From: Basidioascus undulatus
Taxonomy: Eukaryota
Assembly (NCBI GenBank): GCA_000826855.1
Contig: JTLS01000028.1
Span: forward strand, 1-41,495
DNA: 41,495 bases
Direction of reading: 5' to 3'
Below are positions 34,804 to 41,495 of this stretch, piece by piece. The first letter of the stretch is position 1. Every line of letters begins with the position of its first letter. The notes beneath the pieces are model-generated. The model did no database searches. It was given only the letters and a program-made list of their open reading frames with translations, and was not told the origin of the DNA. A program made the position numbers and the translations under genes.

Positions 34804-37800
34804 GATGCTCTCCTCCTCATCCACATCGCTGGCGGGCGCATGGGCGGGCGCGTTCGAGCACCTTAACCGCTCTCAGCCTGGCATCGAAGGCCTGCTGCGA
34901 TGCGCGGAGGTACGCTTGCCTCATCGTGGCTTCAAGTCGCCTGAAAGAACATCTAACGCTACTATAGGCTTGGAGAACAGCAACATCGTATCTCGAGCCC
35001 CGTCCGCTGAACGAGCAAGCTCAGATGGGTGCACTTATTCTCACCGTGCTGCACTGAGCACAGGAAGCTGAACATGCACGGAAGCAGGCGATATCCCTAC
35101 GTCCGCCTTTCAGCTGCTGGAGGAGGCGAAGTTGGAACGAGAGCTCTTGCGGTGGTATCTTGGTGCGTCCTTCTTACGGCCGCGGCAGGGTGAGAGCGCC
35201 GTTGATGGACAGTGTGATAGACGCTGTGCGGAGGCGCTTTAGCCTGATGGAGGAGGACCTGCGGAGAACGTTGGAGGAATGGGAGGTTCGTTTAGGAAAA
35301 CCTGTTCGATTGTTTCCAACTGACGAATGGTTCGATGCTGCAGGTTGCGCAGGACGCATCAGCTGTCCCGGACCTGCTCGGCCGCCTGCAGACGTACTTA
35401 CGGCAGTGGCAGCAGCCCCTCCAACTCTTCGCATCGTACGCTCACGTTTGGTTCAAATATCTCATGTAGGACTGTTCTGACCTCGAGCACCCGGCAGGCT
35501 CTCCCCCGTCCCCTCCTTTACCACGCTCTTCCACACCCTGCTCCTCAACGCCCTCCCGCTCAACTTCCCGACCTTCCTACGCTCCTACCTGATCACCCTC
35601 CCCACCGATCCCGCCCCGCCCCTCGCAGAGCTCGGGCTACAGAGCATGGGCGAGACGCTGTTAAGCGGGATCGTGCACAAGGAGATCCAGCGCCGGGTGG
35701 AGGAAGTGCGGCGGGAGTGGGCAGAGCATTGTCTGGGGGGGCTCCGCGCGTGGGTTGTGAACGAAGTCGGCTGGAGGGTCGGAGCGGTTTTGGGTGCCAG
35801 CGGTGGTGAGCCCTTGAGCAGTAGCTATCGCCAGTTGTCAGCTAACTTTTGCTCTTCGTGAGCAGACGACCAGACTTTCGAGGCGCTCGCCCGGCCATGG
35901 GTTCAACGATTCGACTACCACGTCTGCAAAACCTTATGCGAGCTGCGGTATGTCGCATTGTCCATGGCTACCGCGTTCCCTCTGACTACCTTTCTCTGTT
36001 GCAGCATGACCGAGCTTTTCGACATTATCGTTGACTACCCCGATTCGCTGCCGGCCCTGGAGGACCTGAAGGTACGTATTGGGTATGAGTCGCTCCACGC
36101 CCAAGAGAACGCTCATTCGGTTATCTTCAGGAATGCCTTGCCAAGCTGCACCATCGCGAGCCGCTCATCAACGCCCTCAAAGCTTCCAACTCGGCCCGCC
36201 TGCTGCATCCAGGCGCCTCGACGCAGCTCATACTCACGCAGTACATCAGCACGATCCGGTGTCTCCGACTGCTTGATCCGCCAGGCGTCCTTCTGTCGAA
36301 AGTGGCCGAGCCCATCCGCCGCTATCTCCGCGAGCGGCCGGACACGATCCGCTGCATCGTCGGCAGCCTCGTTGATGAGGAGAACGAGCTGCTCGAGGAG
36401 CTGAGGGACACTCCTGCAGACGCGGGCGTCATTCGGCCCGGCGAGGAGGACTATGACGATTGGGCGGACCCGGAGTGGGAGCCGGAGCCGATTGATGCAG
36501 GACCGAGTGGGTTGCCATGCGGGCGCGCAGAGGTGAGGATGGGGCGCTAACGAGTCGGGTATGTGTAGACTTCCGGACGAACACCTCGCGCGACATCATC
36601 TCCACGCTCGTTTCGATTTACGACACGAAGGATGTCTTCGTCAAGGAATTGCAGATCATGCTCGCGCAGCGTCTCCTCCTCATCAAGGACTACAACCTCG
36701 ACAAAGAGGTACGTTCTTCCGCCGTCATCGGGGCGTTCCTTCTATCAAATCACACTTGCCCGGCGCAGATTCGGAACGTCGAGATCCTCAAGCTTCGCTT
36801 TGGCGAGACGGCGCTGCAGCCTTGCCAGGTCATGCTCAAGGACGTCGCGCACTCGAAGCGCATCGACCAGCATATCACCGGGCAGATCCAGGTTACACCT
36901 CCGTGTATTCGTGTCCATATCTCTTTTATTGCTAACGCTACCCGTCACGCTCACCGCAGACGCCTGTCCACCCCACCGTCATCTCTCGTCTTTTCTGGCC
37001 GACGCTGCAGTCCGGCAGCCTCGAGCTCCCGGGTCAGCTGGCCACGTGCGCGTTTTCTATGCTGGCTTGCGTTTCCAATCGAGTGCTTATGTTGTTCAAT
37101 TCAGGTTCAAGAACGATTACGACACGGCGTATGCCGCCTTCAAGCCCGACAAGCGCCTTCGCTGGATGCCGCAGCTCGGCACCGTCACCATCGAGCTCGA
37201 GCTGCAGGACCGGACGCTGGAGCTCGAGGTCTCGCCTGTTCAGGCTTCCGTTATCGAGCTGTTCGGCGAGAACGGTGGGTAGCTATTGCTTTCTTGACCT
37301 CACAATGCAGGAGCTGACCTGCACGCACATGCAGACCGCTGGACGCTGGACGACCTCGCTATGAAGCTTGCGCTGCCCGACTCGCTCGCGACGCGCAGTG
37401 CGCTGTACTTCTGGGTCAACAAGGGCGTCGTCAAGGAGGAGAGACAGGGCGTGTTCCGCTTGCTCGAGGTTGCGGAGGAGGGTCCCGTGGATGCGCACAG
37501 CGGTACGTCCAACGGCGTTGCCATGACATGAAGGGTTTTACAGCGCTGACATCAGGTCGAACACAGTCGTTGAGGATGAGCAGCCGGCTATTCAAAGTAC
37601 GGAGGAGGCCGCCGCGGAGCAGGTCAAGATCTTCTGGCAGTTCATCCAGGTTCGTCTGTCTCCTTCGCAACATCTTCACTTCCCTTCCGCCTTCCTGCGC
37701 ACGGCTAAATTCCACGCGTATAATTCGTCAGGGCATGCTCACGAATCTGCATGCGATGCCGACGGAGCGCATACAGGCCATGCTGGCCTTCGCGCCTGGC

Positions 37801-37899
37801 TACGACCGCTCGGTAGAGGACCTCAAGGCGTTCCTCGAGGCGATGGCGCGGGAGGGCGCGCTCGATTTCCGAGATGGGATGTGGAGCTTGAGAAAGTGA
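34804..37899 (+). CDS. APC2: Anaphase-promoting complex subunit 2 (cullin-like), multi-exon
   Basis: ELFDIIVDYPDSLPALEDLK, RLLHPGAST...YISTIRCLRLLDPPGVLL, PIRRYLRERPDTIRCIV, WEPEPIDAGP, VEILKLRFGE...CQVMLKD, FWQFIQGMLTN; the spliced frame appears uninterrupted. Confidence 0.96.
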
Positions 37900-38499
37900 T
37901 GCAGACGATATGTTGCTCGTATTACATTACCTGTGGCAAATCGAAGCCAGCAGGTTGTGTCCGCGCTAAGAATGGGCGCAGCTGAGCGGTACGGCGATGT
38001 GCATTACCATCCACATCACTGTGCTTCAATGTTCAGATAAGCGAAACGTAAGATGGGCGTTCCAGGCCTTAATTCTTCTGAAGCGACGTCGGCAACCTCG
38101 ACCTCTTGGTTGTCTGGCTGGCAGACGGCAAATGCCCCTGCCCACTGAATAGAGTATTGTTTGCGTTACGTGGGTCAAGCTGCTCATAAAGAAGGAGATT
38201 CGCAGAGCACAGAAACTATGATGGAGCGGAGCGGTCGTGCAAAACAGGAAACGCACAAGGCCTCTGCGGCTTGCCCGCCCGCCATACGACTGGTTTTACA
38301 ACGGCTCCTGAAGAGCTGGGATGAGATTCTTGAAGAGTATCTAGGACAAGATGAACCTTCGCTATTTCAGTTACAGTATCGTCTTGGACGGTATAACGAC
38401 AGAGCTTCAGCGAAACCACAACTGCCCCTGCCACTCGCAACAATAGAGGCAGGCAAAAAAGCTTCAAAGCACTAATGCGTTATAATGAAGAGTTTTCTC

Positions 38500-39688
38500 A
38501 CATCAAGCTTTGCCTATGGCCCTCCCTCCTCCCCTCCGCCATCCCTACTCATCCAAGACGCAAACCCTTTTCCCCGCAGAGTCGAGGAGCGAAACATCAA
38601 GGTTTTGATGTCTGATGCTGAGTCCCTGGCGCCCACCCTACGAGTTCCATGTCTTCGGCGCCAATCCAGAGAAACTGTTTCTCCCTAAATCGCAGGCTGA
38701 CGGAGCTGAGATTTGGCGGACATGTATCGCAGATGCCACCCAAAAAAGCTCGGCGTCCTGGCGGTTACTCTCAGACCTTCGGTGCAACATCAGATTGAAA
38801 CGAGCGAGTGTCTGGGGAAGCGAGCGGATGAGGTCTGCCGTTGGCACTTCTGAACGGAAGTCGAGCGTGAGCTGATCGAGGTCGGTGCACAGCGGGAGGA
38901 CGGCTGGCAGGTTCGCCTCAATGTCAGTCCATGATGTGAAGGACGCGTGGATATTTGCCCTGGCCCGTCAAAAAATTGATAAGAGGCCGGGGAAGTTGCC
39001 TCTGAAGATCGTAGAGCCGCAGCTTCATGAGCACTGGGAATGTTGCCATGGAAAGCCAATGGCAGCCAGGGAGAATCACCATCGAGCGGTATAGCGAAAG
39101 CTCTTGAAGAGATTGAAAGCTGATGTTCGGGATATTGTTCCTATGAATGTCACAACACTAGCCTCCAAGGAAAGTGCCCGGAGGCGTTTGAAGCGATTGA
39201 CGAGTGATAAGCCCAAGTGAGCCTCGGTCGACAAGTCAACCTCTGCGTCAAGCTCGACGAGGCTATTTGCGCAGCTCCGCACAAGAGCGACCATTGTTTG
39301 CAGGCCAGCTGTGTGTCGAAACAGTGCGGGACAGACTCCTTGAGTGTTAAACGAAATCAGCCCGGTGGATAGACCGATGCACGGACATGCGGGCTGAGGG
39401 GTGACGCCCGAATATCAGCTTCGATGAGGCTGTGGTAAAGCTGGTTGATCGAACGCAGAGAGCGCAGCGTGATCGCTTCGACAAGGATGCGTTGGGCGAT
39501 AATCTGAAGCATCGTCCACCCCAATACAGACTGCATACCGTGAAAAATGGAACGTACGTGAAGGGCCTTGCAGACCAGCGGAAGAGCACGCTTTGTCGCC
39601 GCAGCCTTCTTTCCCGTGCCGGCAGTAGCAAAGCGAGGATGCGGGAAACGATTTCGACAGGGATGAGACGCAGCAGGCTGGCCTCCAT
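38500..39688 (-). pseudogene. Degenerate F-box/LRR-like gene
   Basis: LRLIPVEIVSRILALLL (F-box start) switches frame to ALPLVCKALH|IIAQRILVEAITL. In-frame stops at 39357 and 39076 fall among LRR-like segments (FKRLRALSLE, LDQLTLDF). 3' end approximate. Confidence 0.6.
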
Positions 39689-40512
39689 GCTGGAATATGA
39701 TATTTTCGAAGAGAGTTGAAAGTGGCGACGACAGAGGCGCGTGGCGGCACCAATAGCAAGGTGAGTGAGGTGAGGATCGTGGATGGTGGCGGTTCCCAGT
39801 CAAGGGTGCAAACGAGGGCGAGGGCTGCTCAGTTTGCTCAGCCTCCAGTCAAATAAACTTGTAAACGGCAGCACACATGCATTCTCCTTGACGACGGGTT
39901 GGATACCGAGTGCATGCCCTTACTAACCGCCCACTGCGCCGATCGCGCACCTCGATAATCGCCAGAATGTTAACGGCCGCCGCTCAGCTCCCCTGGGAGT
40001 GCAACGATCAGGAATTCTCAAGAACAAGGTTTTGCAGTGAGAAGCAAGTGCAAGTAGGCTACGCCTGCCGCGTAGCCTGCCGCACAGTCACATTGTCAGA
40101 CGGCATGAAGTTGCGTATTTTTCTCGCATTTGCATTATTGCGATGCGAGACAAGAGAATTCGGGGGATTTTTTTTTTGAACCCCGGTCACAGCAGAAGGC
40201 GTCAGACTTTGTCAAATCCAAACCCTACAGTTGGTAGTTTCAAATAGCTCGTTCAATTCTCGCAGGCACCGTCCAGCGCGAAGAAGTGCTATTGTCATTC
40301 GAGCAGCTGATAAGGCTGCAATATGATTGAAAGCATCATGGCCAGGTGAGGTTGGACTGGAGGAGCGATTGCGCGAGCGTAGGCAGACAGATTGGTAACC
40401 CGAGAATCGGAGGCCTTAAAAACGACGCACCTCTTCAACTTCCCCGCAAAAAGCCGGACATGGGTAGACAGCTCCTGCTTATGCAGTTCGATCTTATGGT
40501 CAAAATGATGCA

Positions 40513-41495
40513 TCACGACTCGGCTCCGTCCAAATGCCTGCCCAACCAGCCGCCCAGCCAAGTCAGCACCTCAACCCACACCAACCCCGCCTTCCTTAAC
40601 ACACGTACAGCCTGAGCCCCTCCAGCGCCCTTCCCAACGCGTCCGTCAGCTCCCTCTCCCTAGCCGGTACAGACGCCCCCTCCAGCTCCTCGCGCGCCTC
40701 GCGCACGCGGCGCTGCACCTCCGATCCCAAAGCCGGCGCCGAGTCGAGCGAGAGGGCAGCGAGGGCGTGCGCGCAATTGATGCGGACCTGCGTGGGACTG
40801 GGTGTATTAGAAGCTGGATGAAGACGTTGGGGCATAGGAGGGGGAAGAAAGACGGACCTTCAAGTTCCGAGAACTCTGGAGGAGGTCGAGCGCTGTCCGC
40901 GCGGCGCTCTCCGTTTCGGTCGGGTGCGCACGCCCGAGCGGGACACTGCCGAAAGCTACGCCTAGGGCGTGCGCTGCGTTCCATTGTGCCTGTGAGCGCA
41001 CGCGCAGCATGTCAGCGTATGAATTGCGATCGGAAGGATGCAGCTCAGCCTGCTCACTTTAAAGTTCGACCCGCCCCTGAGCTCTTCCCGCAGCGCCTCG
41101 AGCCCATCCTTTGCGAGCGGGGAGGGAAGAACCTCTGCAGGGGCGAGGCGGAGAACGCTCCCGAGTGCGCGAGACGCATGAACATGCAGCTGACATCCCA
41201 AATCCTCAACAAACTTTAGCGATCGTCTTCCTGCAGGACTGTCTCCCCTGTGCACCCACCTTCTCGTTATTCCCCTTCACAACCAGCACCGCCCTTGCCA
41301 GGCCCTCCCAGCGCGCAGGCTCCAGCGCTGTCGCAGAGCCCCGGCGGACATGCGCCTCAGCCAGGTCCGCGAGTGCGCAGGTTGCGCGGATGCGCACTGT
41401 GAGGGTTGACGAGGGCTGCGGGGAGGCTTGGGAGAGGATGGCGCGCTCGAGGGGGAGGAGGGCGGGGTCCTTTGTTGGGAAGGGGTGAGCAGGGC
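40513..41495 (-). CDS. HEAT-repeat protein, HEATR6-like, 3' part only
   Basis: NEK|LHVHASRALG, NFK|AQWNAAHALG, SRNLK|VRINCAHAL resemble the KVRWNA/NFKVRINA repeats of HEATR6. A last intron (GTACGT..GCTGAC..CAG) leads to HLDGAES* at 40513. Confidence 0.65.

Noticed and set aside
38161..38475. 104-aa + strand ORF downstream of APC2
   Set aside because: Codon usage is unlike real genes here, and there is no motif or splice structure.

Overview
GC-rich, intron-dense fungal DNA, probably a basidiomycete of Pucciniomycotina type (short introns, GTGCGT/GTACGT/GTGAGT donors, CTRAC branch points). All family assignments come from motif recognition by eye; no database search was run. Apparently intact conserved genes: VPS5/SNX1 (5'-partial), PEX7, RTF1, Clr2-like silencing factor, cytidine deaminase, MAK16, BRF1, a small HSP20, dynamitin/DCTN2, APC2 and a HEATR6-like gene (5'-partial), plus two intronless orphan ORFs. 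Interleaved with them are at least seven broken genes: three F-box-type, one BTB, one arrestin-like, one Mpr1-type GNAT and one flavin monooxygenase. Two structural breaks stand out. The monooxygenase is split, with its N-terminal half on the + strand and its C-terminal half on the - strand pointing away from each other (local inversion). An F-box gene and a GNAT gene are both 5'-truncated and fused back-to-back. Also noted: a structured long intron in MAK16, two in-frame splice paths with a 7-nt microexon in Clr2, and GC-AG introns. No rRNA, tRNA, CRISPR or recognisable transposon was seen.
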